Assembly: GCA_963752595.1 (NCBI GenBank)
Contig: CAVVYZ010000017.1
Span: 213,432-277,431, forward strand
Reading direction: 5' to 3'
Length of the DNA: 64,000 bases
Source of the DNA: an uncultured delta proteobacterium
GTDB lineage: Bacteria; Desulfobacterota; Desulfomonilia; UBA1062
This document shows positions 1 through 11,224 of this stretch, piece by piece (within the stretch, counting starts at the first letter, position 1; every line of letters begins with the position of its first letter). The notes beneath the pieces are model-generated. The model was not told where the DNA came from. It made no database searches and saw nothing but the letters and a program-made list of their open reading frames with translations. The position numbers and the translations under genes were made by a program.

Positions 1-10
1 GCGTTCCTTT

Positions 11-329
11 CTATGCATCTCTTTTTGCTTTCCTGATCTTAAGCATTGCTTTCACCCAGAACCACGCGTTCAGGCAGCCGAGAGTAAGCCCGATAAAGAG
101 CATCGTCAGGGTCCATGAATGCGTACCGGGCACCTTGGCATCCATCCATGTTCCGAGCGCGATCCCCAGGAGGGTTGGGATGGCGATTGACCATCCCACA
201 AGCCCGATCATCCCCAAACCGTATATCAGGGTGATCTTACCGGCGCGTTCGGCTTTTTCCCGCCGTATCTTTTTGGTGTTAATCTGTCTGATGAACCCCT
301 TTTCTCTCTTCTCCTTTTTTTCCTGGAAA

Positions 330-337
<8 letters not shown>
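11..337 (-). CDS. AtpZ/AtpI-type small membrane protein in the AtpQ position of an N-type ATPase operon
   Basis: 108-aa ORF whose start overlaps the atpC stop by 8 nt. It has a basic N-terminus followed by two hydrophobic helices (LGMIGLVGWSIAIPTLLGIALG; WTLTMLFIGLTLGCLNAWFWV). The order beta, epsilon, small membrane protein matches atpD-atpC-atpQ of N-ATPase operons. Confidence 0.6.
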
Positions 338-2157
<1,820 letters not shown>

Positions 2158-2586
2158 TCATGAAAGAATCCCAATGCACAAGGATTCGCATCATGATCAG
2201 GCCGTCCTATTACATCATCTTTAAGGCCGGCTCGCCTACTAGGCGTTTTCCGGAAAATGTATTCATCCCTTCATTGGATCAACATCAAGGGATCTCCCTG
2301 TACAAGAGGGTTTCCCCTAAAAGGCAGTAAGCGAGAAGGTCATTGATGACACGAAAGGTCTTCATAAAGAGAACCCGTTCTTAGATTCATGAATAGGGCT
2401 ATACACAAGATTCTCAATTCTTTCCTGCCAGGCCGGGTTTTACTCTTCAGTGGCAGGTGATATTACTGCAGGTGCAGTTCTTTGACCCGAAACCTTCGGA
2501 CCGGTAATCTTCCCGTACGGACATAGAGGATGTTTATTGCTTTCTTATGAAGGCCTGTTTCAAACGGAATATCTGTTGCAATTCAT

Positions 2587-2713
2587 TATACTCGAGAGTA
2601 TATTATCAATGAGTTACAGTCACTTACATGATTATAAATTACTATAAGCATTGATTGTTATCAATCATTATTGACACTCATATTATATATGTTCTACCTA
2701 TCCATATAGGTAG
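2587..2713. promoter_or_regulatory. AT-rich block with three dyad symmetries in the roughly 1 kb leader upstream of atpD
   Basis: Three dyads: TATACTC-GA-GAGTATA (2587-2602), TGATTG-TTAT-CAATCA (2652-2667) and CTACCTAT-CCAT-ATAGGTAG (2694-2713). They sit inside a strongly AT-rich stretch (about 2560-2830). No convincing ORF overlaps it. Confidence 0.3.
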
Positions 2714-3045
2714 CTTGCTTTACAGTTATATAGATTAATTTATTGCCACTTAAATATCTAACAAGCAACATAGCTATAAACTTTAACACTGTTTTCTTTC
2801 CTGTATCCTGAAATACAAAAGGTACGGTTTTTTCTTGATGCATGAAAAGGATTTTCGGAGCCTTACCGGTGTGTGCTCCGGTCTTCAAAGGAGCTCGTTC
2901 ATATATCCCTGGGGTGTATATGCCGAGCCTCTCGAAAACAAAGAATTCATATATTCAGAAGAACGGGATTCCCGCTTACACCGGAATGACAGGGAGATTC
3001 CTGGATCATCTAGGCCGACATGACATATACACTTTTCCTGGAGGC

Positions 3046-3073
3046 GGAGAAAACCCGGTGATTTCCACCGGGT
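3046..3073 (-). terminator. Rho-independent terminator after the sigma factor gene
   Basis: On the minus strand: ACCCGGTG-GAAAT-CACCGGGT followed by TTTCTCC. It lies 55 nt downstream of the stop at 3129. Confidence 0.55.
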
Positions 3074-3128
3074 CGAACTCCCCCCACAAAGAGATGCTGA
3101 AATGGCCGGGTCGAGATTCTGATGTTCC

Positions 3129-3896
3129 TTACTGCCCGGCCAGTCGGCAGGTTTTATCGCCGTTTCCTCCAGATCTCAAGTCGTCTGAGCTCATGATGGC
3201 AATATCCTGGTCCTGCAGGAATTGCTTCATCTTCTGGAGCGATCTTACCTGGAGCTGTCTTACCCGCTCCTGGCTCAAACCAAGCTGCGAACCGATTTCC
3301 ATGAGGGTAACAGGCGGGTCCGAATAGAACCGTTTCAGAATGATGAACAACTCCCTCCGTGTCAGCATCGTAAAGCCCTGCTGAAAGAGAAAAGATACCT
3401 GACGGGATATTTCTCTGCCGGAGTAGAGCGATTCCAGATCGAAATCATCAGTCAGATAATCCACCCAGCGATCAGTTTCGCTGGGATCGCCTGCTATGGT
3501 CTCATCAAGAGAAAGGAGATCTTTTGTATGTCGTAAGGTCCCCGTCCGGATCTTACTGCTTTTGCGGATAAAATCCTTTATGGATGCCTCGATCCACCAA
3601 ACGGCATAATAAATGAAGTGTACTCCGCGATCGGGATCGAACCGGGTAAGGGCTTTCATGAGGCCCAAGTTGCCTTCCTGGACGATCTCAAGGTAATTAT
3701 GGCCGCTATTGAAATACTTCTGGCTTACCTTTACAACGAACCTCAAGTTTGCATGGATTATCTTTTGGCCAGCATGCACGTCACCCTGCTGGTACTGTTT
3801 CGCAAGTTTATACTCCTCTTCTGGCGTTAAGAGAGGGTATCTTCTTATTTTTCTTAAATACAGCTGTAATTCTGAATAATCATGTCTGTTTGCCAT
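3129..3896 (-). CDS. RpoH-like (sigma-32 family) alternative RNA polymerase sigma factor
   Basis: 255 aa. Region 2 reads HANLRFVVKV...IVQEGNLGLMKALTRFDPDRGVHFIYYAVWWIEASIKDFI. The region 4 HTH reads TLMEIGSQLGLSQERVRQLQVRSLQKM. Where the RpoH box would be there is a degenerate SSKIRTGTLRHTKDLLSL. Confidence 0.85.
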   Translation of the reverse strand: MANRHDYSELQLYLRKIRRYPLLTPEEEYKLAKQYQQGDVHAGQKIIHANLRFVVKVSQKYFNSGHNYLEIVQEGNLGLMKALTRFDPDRGVHFIYYAVWWIEASIKDFIRKSSKIRTGTLRHTKDLLSLDETIAGDPSETDRWVDYLTDDFDLESLYSGREISRQVSFLFQQGFTMLTRRELFIILKRFYSDPPVTLMEIGSQLGLSQERVRQLQVRSLQKMKQFLQDQDIAIMSSDDLRSGGNGDKTCRLAGQ

Positions 3897-5744
3897 ATAT
3901 ATTTACCTTTCCTGAAAGTAGCTTCACGGATTCTATGAGTTCTTCTGGTTGATGACTTTTACCATTTGCCTTATATCGCCTAATTGTTCGCCGGCCGGGG
4001 ATAACCGTCTCGATGAGATGGGCTGTCTCCGGGTATGTCTCTTTTAATGCTTTCTCTATATGCTCAGCGGTGACCAGACGGGATTCTGAATAATCCTGTC
4101 CCTGCTCGATTACGTGTAACAGCTTCATGAGGTGCTTCTCGAAGTCACCCTTCAAGAACTGTGGATGACTGCAGAGAGAAAGGATCGCGTGCCGTGCGGA
4201 TATGTGGAAAAACTTCTTGCTGTTGAGCGTTCGTATTTTATCAAAGGACGGCTCTTTCGGTATCCTGCCGACTGCAAGTTCCTCCTTGTTGCATGGGCGT
4301 CCGACGAGATAGGGAAAGTCCGGGTCTACAAAAGAGAGAATGGAATATTCGCACGCACTGCCGGTTATTATGATGGTTGTATTGAGGGGGGTTGCCCCGG
4401 ATCCGGGCTTCCGGAAGCGAATGTGCCTCCATGCGGAACAGCATGGGTGAAGTTGAGTTCTTTTTGGGAGATACTACTTTTCAATAACTCCCAGAGATGG
4501 AACTGTCGCAGTATCCAGGATGCCTCCAGTATCAGGATCCCCCCATTGGCTTCATGCAGGGCACCGGCTTTTGCCATGGTAAAGTCTACCCGAGAAAGGG
4601 GAAGGGCCTTGGGAGACGAAGTACTGCAGCGTCCGAATAAGTCCTCGAACCCTGCATCCCTGGCAAAGACCAGTGGACGGTGCCTCTTGTTTGCCCTGCT
4701 CACCAGGACATTTACCGTATAGGGTGAATACAGGCCTTCGCGGGAGGTACCCGCCTTGACTTCCAAGGGGGCGGGAAGAGAAGTTCCCTCTGCCGGCAAA
4801 GTGAAGATCTGGAGATTCCTAAGGATATCTTCCTCCACGTCCTCAAGATAAACGAGTATCCTCGGCATCTTGCGGTACTTTTTCCTGAGTCTGGCCATGA
4901 GAGGGGAAACCCCTTCCCTTGCCTTATCCTTGGTGAATGCATCGAGCTCTTCAGTGCACTTCTTCTTGAGCGACCTGATCCGGTCGCGGATGAGGCGGTA
5001 ATCTACGGGTTGAGGCTGGTCGAAAATTGCAACAGCGCTGTTGGCTGCCGGTGTCCTTCCTATTCCGGAAAACGCTACAACCGGCTCGGTATAACTCTCC
5101 GCAATGGGGGCTTTCGATACCTCCCTTGTAATCCTATTATAGTTATAGAGAGATCCTCTGCTGAGGCTCTGGTAGAGAGGCCGGACAGCGGCCTGTTCCT
5201 GCTGGTCATAGCTCAGCATCAACATGTGAACCTTTTTCTGGAAATGATCCGAAAGCAGGATGTTTCGGAGTCGTTGCCGTGCTTCATCGATGAAGTGCTC
5301 CATCTCAGAAAGGAACCGGGGGCCTTCCCCTGCAGGAAGGGCAATGACCCTTGGCCGCGACTCTACCTGGAAGTTATGGACACAGCACCAATCGCAGGGT
5401 TCCGGAAGTGTCCTTCCAAGGAACTTTAAACCGTCGATGAACTCCCTGATGTAGGGAAGATGCTCTTTTTGAGAGAGGAGAAACAGGAAATCCGCTTCCT
5501 TTTCAAAGAGCTTAGTCCATTTCTGAGTAAAAAATTGAAGCGGGTATTGCGCTAATTTTCCGAAAATATTGTATATTATTCCTGACAATTTATTCTTTCC
5601 CCTTATATATACTTGACTTGCGCCGAGCTGCTTTGCCTTTGCTTCCGGGCGCGGAGGATGATGGCTTGGACCATGATAAACCTCCTTCTGCCGCGGAATC
5701 ATTTTCCGCGTCCCAACGGATTTCGAGAAGGCTTCATGGAGCAT
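3880..5744 (-). pseudogene. Lon-like AAA ATPase (COG1067/AAA_32-like) without an S16 protease domain; reading frame interrupted once
   Basis: The ORF 4368..5960 carries Lon-like ATPase motifs: PEPCDWCCVHNFQVESRPRVIALPAGEGP and HEANGGILILEASWIL. The frame of ORF 3880..4155 is open upstream to about 4460 and continues the family pattern (PLNTTIIITGSACEYSILSFVDPDF ... RLVTAEHIEKALKE). A 1-nt indel in the G6 run at 4386-4391 joins the two frames. The start is uncertain: ATG 5744 was chosen, and an SD-preceded ATG at 5674 lies in another frame. The gene ends 17 nt inside the sigma gene. Confidence 0.5.
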
Positions 5745-5763
5745 GACCGTCTCAATGGTCAAA

Positions 5764-6030
5764 TCAGTCGAATAATTCAGGGAAACTTTCCCTGACGTCA
5801 CGAGGGTGCTTGAATTTGATCCGACCATGTAAAAACATGCTGGAGATCTTTTTGGCGATAAGCCTGTCCTGCGCCGGAATGGATTTCTCTTGGACAGATC
5901 GGGAAAAGCGAAAGCCTGAAGTATTGTCGATGCTCTCGCTGATAGCCTCCATGAGGTCATAGAGGGTGGTGGTGATTTCTACTGTTTTGCTCCTCGATCC
6001 TAATGAACTATAACCACTATGTATGCTCAT
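5764..6030 (-). CDS. Small conserved hypothetical protein (TTLYDLMEAI...GRIKF motif)
   Basis: The internal ATG at 6030 is preceded by AGGAGG with 7-nt spacing. The ORF-track start at 6069 has no SD. The product is 88 aa and is the first gene after a candidate sigma-54 promoter. Confidence 0.5.
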   Translation of the reverse strand: MSIHSGYSSLGSRSKTVEITTTLYDLMEAISESIDNTSGFRFSRSVQEKSIPAQDRLIAKKISSMFLHGRIKFKHPRDVRESFPELFD

Positions 6031-6115
6031 AGTAAATCCTCCTATGGTCTCTGTTGATGTTCCGGGCATTCATCTTTTTGTTCATGATGAAACCCATGCG
6101 TCACATCCTCTTTAT

Positions 6116-6134
6116 TCAAATGCTGTGCCGACAT
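6116..6134 (-). promoter_or_regulatory. Candidate sigma-54 (-24/-12) promoter
   Basis: The minus strand reads cGGCAC-agcat-TTGa, against the consensus TGGCAC-N5-TTGC. It lies about 85 nt upstream of the ATG at 6030. The -12 GC is imperfect. Confidence 0.35.
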
Positions 6135-6527
6135 TGTGGAATAGAAATAAATCATACAAATCCAAAGAGATAAAAAAGGAAGCTCTGAAATACAGATCTC
6201 CCACACACTGATTGCTGTCCTGTGAAGCGGGATAAGTCCTCTCTGATGAGAATCTCACTCGTGGTGATGCAAATTTGGCCCAATTCCCGACATGTTAGGC
6301 ATATTGATCATGCATGTCTTTTTCTCATGTCTTTGTAATTATTAGATGCATCCGTTCTACCATCCGGCATTTTGAAAACCGGTTCCTGTCTGAAGATTTT
6401 TAGAAATTATCAGTGTCGGTAGTAAAATAATGAGTGTGCGAACAATTACCGGTCAGTCCCAGGATACCCTCTCTTCAATGATTTTTTAAACCGGTTTTAT
6501 TATTCCTGTGGTTCAGGGCAGCGCGGG

Positions 6528-6770
6528 TTACATGTGCCTTGAGAGATCATGTTTATGGAGCAGAGCATACAATCTGGACCGGGACAGACCGGATATCCTG
6601 CATGCATTCGATACATCACCAGAGGTACATTTCATGAGTTCCATGAGATAAAAACGCTCCACCTCTGTAATATACCGGCTACGGATCGGACGCAGCCGGG
6701 GAAGGTCGGGTGATGGCGACCGATTTACCTTTGTGAGGATCTGATTGAATGACGGCTTACGAATGTCCAT
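6528..6770 (-). CDS. Stand-alone Fis-type (HTH_8) DNA-binding protein, paralogue of the C-terminus of the adjacent NtrC-type regulator
   Basis: 80 aa ending EVERFYLMELMKCTSGDVSNACRISGLSRSRLYALLHKHDLS. The regulator ends EIEEQYLKELLRQTKSDIKTACRISGLSRSRLYALLKRYEIS. There is no SD before the annotated ATG, so the start is uncertain. Confidence 0.55.
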   Translation of the reverse strand: MDIRKPSFNQILTKVNRSPSPDLPRLRPIRSRYITEVERFYLMELMKCTSGDVSNACRISGLSRSRLYALLHKHDLSRHM

Positions 6771-6782
6771 ACATCACAGCTA

Positions 6783-6800
6783 TAACAAGGTATATGCCAA
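6783..6800 (-). promoter_or_regulatory. Candidate sigma-54 promoter upstream of the small HTH gene
   Basis: The minus strand reads TGGCAT-atacc-TTGt. It sits only about 15-30 nt from the ATG at 6770, so either the leader is very short or the true start codon is further downstream. Confidence 0.3.
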
Positions 6801-7036
6801 CAGCATCATACCGAACGAAAAAAGATCAATTAATATAATTATATCAAATGGATAGAAGCATTAAAACTCTTCCGGAAGCATACAAAAATATGTGATGCCC
6901 GCTGTGCACTTTTCCTGTTTGCGAATACGAAAAGCAAAGGAGTTTCTTGATCAAGCAATGTTCTGCGGGCAAAACATCCCTGTTTCGGAAATCCTGTTTT
7001 TTAATAATAGGGTAATCTGGTCAGGAAACGGGAGGA

Positions 7037-8440
7037 TCAGGAGATCTCGTACCTTTTCAGCAGAGCATAAAGCCGCGAGCGGGAGAGTCCGGAAATCCTG
7101 CAAGCTGTCTTGATGTCGGACTTTGTCTGGCGCAGGAGCTCCTTGAGGTACTGCTCCTCGATCTCGCTCACTGCCTCTTCCCGTACATCCTTGAGGTTGG
7201 GCAAACTGTTGTCTCCTGAAACTTTCAGGGTTTCGGGGTTAAGCTGCTTTTTGGCAGCGGCATTCCGCTTTACCTGGACATGGATGTGGTAGGGAAGGTG
7301 TTTCGGTACGAGGATCGGGCTGTCATGGGCTACGGCCAATGCGCTCTCAAGGGCATGGATGATCTCCCGGACGTTGCCGGGCCATGAGTACTGCAGAAGG
7401 ATGTCGCGGAAGGCCGCACTGACTCGTTTCGGCTTTATCCCGTATTTTTTGCTGTGCCGCTTGAGATAATGGTTGGTCAGCTCCTGGATGTCCTCGGGAC
7501 GCTCTCTTAAAGGAGGCAGGTCGATACTGATGGACCTGAGCCTGAAGAGGAGATCCTTCCTGAACCTCTTGCTCTGCACCAGATCATTCAGATCACGATT
7601 CGTGGCGCAAATAACCCGGAAATCGCTTTCCACCTCGCTCGATTTACCGATGGGCCGGAAGCGTCCTTCCTGCAGGACGCGCAGGAATTTTTTCTGGATG
7701 GAAAGGGGAAGCTCTCCCACTTCATCCAGGAACAGGGTTCCCTTATGGGCCTGGCTTACCAAGCCGGGTTGGGCTTTATCGGCACCTGTATACGAGCCTT
7801 TCTCGTACCCGAAAAGAATGCTTTCCACGAGGTTGGGAGGGAGCGCGGCGCAGTCGACAACCACAAAATCGTTCCCTGCCCGGAGCGAGTGATTGTGGAT
7901 TGCCCGGGCAAAAAGCTCTTTGCCGGTGCCTGTCTCGCCGGTAATCAGGACACTCGCATCATTGGAAAGCGTCTTGCTCAAGAGCGTAAGGCATTTCTTC
8001 ATCCCGGAGCTGTGCCCGAGAATCCCTTCCTTCTCGAAATCCAGTACCGTTTGGGGCAGGGTGTTGCTTTCGTGGTAGAGGATCGCATCTTTGAGAAGCT
8101 GCGTCAGATCATTCTTGGAAAAAGGCTTTTCTATATAATCCCATGCACCCCGGGAAAGTGCAAGTTCCACAGACTCAGGATCGCCGTAGGCGGTTATGAC
8201 GATTACCTCGGGGGATCCGCTGTTCCGGCAGACTTGAGGAAGAATATCGATGCCGTTTCCGTCCGGCATGCGGACGTCAAGGAAGACGACATCATAGGCA
8301 TCTGCCCGAACCGCATCGAGGCCCTCCTCGAGGGTAAAGGCCTGATTGCTGTTATATCCCAGGATGCGGGATACATTTGCAATAGAGCTGCAAACAAGCC
8401 TGTCATCATCGATTACGAGGATTTTTTTACGTTCTTCCAT
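7037..8440 (-). CDS. Sigma-54-dependent response regulator (NtrC/AtoC family: REC, AAA+ and HTH_8 domains)
   Basis: 467 aa. The receiver domain has DVVFLDVRMPDGNG. Walker A is GETGTGKE. The GAFTGA-loop variant is GSYTGA. A WPGNVREI motif and a C-terminal Fis-type HTH are present. Confidence 0.9.
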   Translation of the reverse strand: MEERKKILVIDDDRLVCSSIANVSRILGYNSNQAFTLEEGLDAVRADAYDVVFLDVRMPDGNGIDILPQVCRNSGSPEVIVITAYGDPESVELALSRGAWDYIEKPFSKNDLTQLLKDAILYHESNTLPQTVLDFEKEGILGHSSGMKKCLTLLSKTLSNDASVLITGETGTGKELFARAIHNHSLRAGNDFVVVDCAALPPNLVESILFGYEKGSYTGADKAQPGLVSQAHKGTLFLDEVGELPLSIQKKFLRVLQEGRFRPIGKSSEVESDFRVICATNRDLNDLVQSKRFRKDLLFRLRSISIDLPPLRERPEDIQELTNHYLKRHSKKYGIKPKRVSAAFRDILLQYSWPGNVREIIHALESALAVAHDSPILVPKHLPYHIHVQVKRNAAAKKQLNPETLKVSGDNSLPNLKDVREEAVSEIEEQYLKELLRQTKSDIKTACRISGLSRSRLYALLKRYEIS

Positions 8441-8462
8441 GCGTAATTCTCATAAGACTGTT

Positions 8463-10910
8463 TTATTGAAATGTAAAGCTTTCTCGGTTGAGCGCCCGGG
8501 CAATGGTTTCAGCCAGAAGGGATGTGGAAAAGGGCTTGGAAAGATAGGCAAAAAAACGGGCAGGACGAGACTCAAGCTCCTGTAATGCCTCTTCCGATCC
8601 GGAACAGATAATGACGGGAAGGTCCTTACGGACCTCGATCATTTTCGAGGCCATTTCGTCGCCTTTTATGACCGGCATGATCTGGTCTGTGATGAGCAGA
8701 TCGAATGCCTCAGGTGTCTTCTGGAAAAGATCGAGGGCCTTGAGCGAGTCGTTCGTCGATGCGACGCGGTAACCCATCCGCACGAGCATATGGTGGATGC
8801 TGCGCAGCTCCATGGCATTGTCATCGACCAGGAGAACCCTTCCCTTGCGGTCTCCTCCGGGGTGGAGTATTTCCGATGTGCGTTCACCCGAAGACTCTTC
8901 CCTCTCCCCGAGATGCTTCGGAAGGTATACCTCGAAGGATGATCCCTTCCGGGGCTTGCTGTGGACGATGATGGAGCCTCCTGCATTCTTGACTACCGCG
9001 TGAACGACACCGAGGCCTAAGCCCGATCCCTTGCCGGACTTCTTGGTGGTGAAGAGCGGATCAAAGATCTGCTCCATGACTTCTGTGGTCATGCCGGAAC
9101 CGGTATCTTTGATGGTGAGCTTCAGGTACTCCCCGGGACCCAGGATGGAAACTGATGCAGGGGTGGCGGTATGGATTTCGGTTTCCTCGAGCCTTACTGT
9201 AAGAGTGCCCTGTCCCTCTTCCATGGCCTGTACCGCATTCATGCAGAGATTGGTGAGGAGCTGGTAAAACTGGGGCGGGTCGGTCCTCACAAGACCCTTG
9301 GTTGAGGCGATCTTCTGCCTAAGCGTGATGCGGGGAGGGAGGGATTGGCCGATGATCCTCAAGGCGTCCCGTACGACAGGTTCTATGGCAACGGGCTTGA
9401 AGAGCAACTTTTTTTTGACCCCGAACATTTTGATCTGGTTCGTGATATCCTTCCCGATCCGTGCCGCCTCGATTATCTGGTTGAGGTACTCCCGTTCAGG
9501 GGCATTCTGGGGAAGCGTATCAGCCACAAGCTCTGCATTGATGAGGATGGGTTGGAGGATATTGATGAAATCATGGGCGATGCCTCCTGCAAGCATGCCG
9601 AGTGCCTCCATCCTTCTTTTGCGCTCAAGGGCATTCTGCAGGGCCCTTTCATCCGTAACATCGTGTTCGATGATCGTATAATTCGTAATCTGTCCTCCAT
9701 CATCGCCTATGGGAGAGATGATGATGTCCAGTTCACGCTTTGAGCCGTCATGACTCGTCCTCTTGATAAAGCCCCTCCATGGTTTGTCCCCGATCTCTTT
9801 TAAGGAGACTACGCCTTCGGGTGCATCATCAGGGGAGGCATGCTTTTCATATGGTTTGCCCGAAAGTTCTTTGCGGGCGATTCCAAGTGATCGTTCCGCC
9901 GCCGTGTTAAGGTACTGGATCATCCCTTTTGAATCGAGGATGAAAATACTCTCGGTGGAGTTTTCAATGGCTGATATGAGGAGCTTTTTTTCCTGTTCGG
10001 TTTTCCGGTAATCGGTAATGTCTACGGATATGCCTCCGATGAGCTTCGGGAAGGTATTCCCGAGGATGGGAAACTTCTGGGTGAAAAAAGAGAGGCGTCG
10101 ACCTCTGGCGGAAAATTCTTCAACCCTCTGCAGGTCTTTCCCTGTGGTCAGAACTTCCCTGTCGTCTTCGTGAATAACCTGTGCAATCTCACCGGACCAG
10201 AGGTCGCCGGCGGTTTTGCCGATGCACTCACTGACTGTTACCCCATAAATGTCTTCTATGTAATGATTAAGGTACAGAAACCGGCCCTGCTCATCCTTGA
10301 GATAGACCATTCCCGGAAAATGATCCATGAAGAGGGAAAACTGTTCCTCGCTTTGCCTCAAATCTTCTTCCAGGCGTTTGCGCTCATCAATCTCAAGCTT
10401 CAGGCGCCGGTTGGTCCTCAGGAGCTGGGCGGTACGGCGCCGGACTTCCCGTTCCAGTGTCAGGTGGGCATCCTGAAGCACGGCTTCGGCTTCATGTTTC
10501 AAAATCAAGTCTTTATGCCGCTGAATAGCATTGCCCAGCACCACGGGGAGCAAATCCGGATATGCATCGGAATCTTTTACGAGGTAATCGCAGATCCCTT
10601 CCTTGAGGGCTTTCACAATCTTTTTTGTCGAAGCCTGGGCGGTAATCAGAACAAGGGGGGGCAGGACGTTTCTTTTCTTCACCTTCCAGAAGAGTTCCAG
10701 CCCGGACAAATCAGGCAACCCAATGTCCGCAACTACAAGATCGAATGATTCATCGGGGTTCTTGAGGATGGATAGTGCCTCATCTGCACGGGTAGACTCG
10801 ATTATCTCGCAGGACAGGCTGCTTTTTTTCATGGCGAGCTGGAATACCAGGCGGTCATGATCGATGTTTTCAATGAGAAGGATGCGAAGCATGTTTTTCG
10901 GTGTAGTCAT
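8463..10910 (-). CDS. Hybrid sensor histidine kinase (REC, coiled coil, two PAS, HisKA, HATPase, REC)
   Basis: 815 aa. The N-terminal receiver has DLVVADIGLPDLSG. The H box is GIAHDFINILQP. The G boxes are DTGSGM and GSGLGLG. The C-terminal receiver has DLLITDQIMPVIKG. Confidence 0.9.
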   Translation of the reverse strand: MTTPKNMLRILLIENIDHDRLVFQLAMKKSSLSCEIIESTRADEALSILKNPDESFDLVVADIGLPDLSGLELFWKVKKRNVLPPLVLITAQASTKKIVKALKEGICDYLVKDSDAYPDLLPVVLGNAIQRHKDLILKHEAEAVLQDAHLTLEREVRRRTAQLLRTNRRLKLEIDERKRLEEDLRQSEEQFSLFMDHFPGMVYLKDEQGRFLYLNHYIEDIYGVTVSECIGKTAGDLWSGEIAQVIHEDDREVLTTGKDLQRVEEFSARGRRLSFFTQKFPILGNTFPKLIGGISVDITDYRKTEQEKKLLISAIENSTESIFILDSKGMIQYLNTAAERSLGIARKELSGKPYEKHASPDDAPEGVVSLKEIGDKPWRGFIKRTSHDGSKRELDIIISPIGDDGGQITNYTIIEHDVTDERALQNALERKRRMEALGMLAGGIAHDFINILQPILINAELVADTLPQNAPEREYLNQIIEAARIGKDITNQIKMFGVKKKLLFKPVAIEPVVRDALRIIGQSLPPRITLRQKIASTKGLVRTDPPQFYQLLTNLCMNAVQAMEEGQGTLTVRLEETEIHTATPASVSILGPGEYLKLTIKDTGSGMTTEVMEQIFDPLFTTKKSGKGSGLGLGVVHAVVKNAGGSIIVHSKPRKGSSFEVYLPKHLGEREESSGERTSEILHPGGDRKGRVLLVDDNAMELRSIHHMLVRMGYRVASTNDSLKALDLFQKTPEAFDLLITDQIMPVIKGDEMASKMIEVRKDLPVIICSGSEEALQELESRPARFFAYLSKPFSTSLLAETIARALNRESFTFQ

Positions 10911-11224
10911 CTGCTCTCACGTGCGCCCCTTTTTCTTAGTGCGTGTTTCGTCCTTTCCCTCATGGCCCGGCCGCTCACCTCTGATCTTTAAGAAAAACTT
11001 CTCCGGTATGAAGCATGATCCCCCTAAAGCTTTTATGGCCGGATGCCTGTCTGTACATACCATTCAATGTGTATATCAACCCTGAATGTTGCTGACCTGC
11101 GCTGGGTGCCGCTTCTGAAGTACGAAAGTTACCGCAAGATACGAATTTTCTGTCTCTATCACGGATCTTTCTTCATGGCAAAGGGAAAAATTGGACAATA
11201 CAGATGGCTTTATCACCAAAGGAT

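Noticed and set aside
2842-3327. 161-aa plus-strand ORF, together with 2694..2888 (minus strand), in the atpD leader
   Set aside because: The first runs antisense into the sigma gene and over its terminator. The second lies in the AT-rich core and has a low-complexity translation. Neither has an SD or a recognisable motif.
4132-4722. 196-aa plus-strand ORF
   Set aside because: It is antisense to the Lon-like ATPase, whose two frames explain the whole region.
3880-5960. Lon-like ATPase as a BrxL-type phage-defence component
   Set aside because: No BREX, PglZ, methyltransferase or other defence partner genes are nearby. The neighbours are a sigma factor and two-component regulators. The protein also lacks the protease domain.
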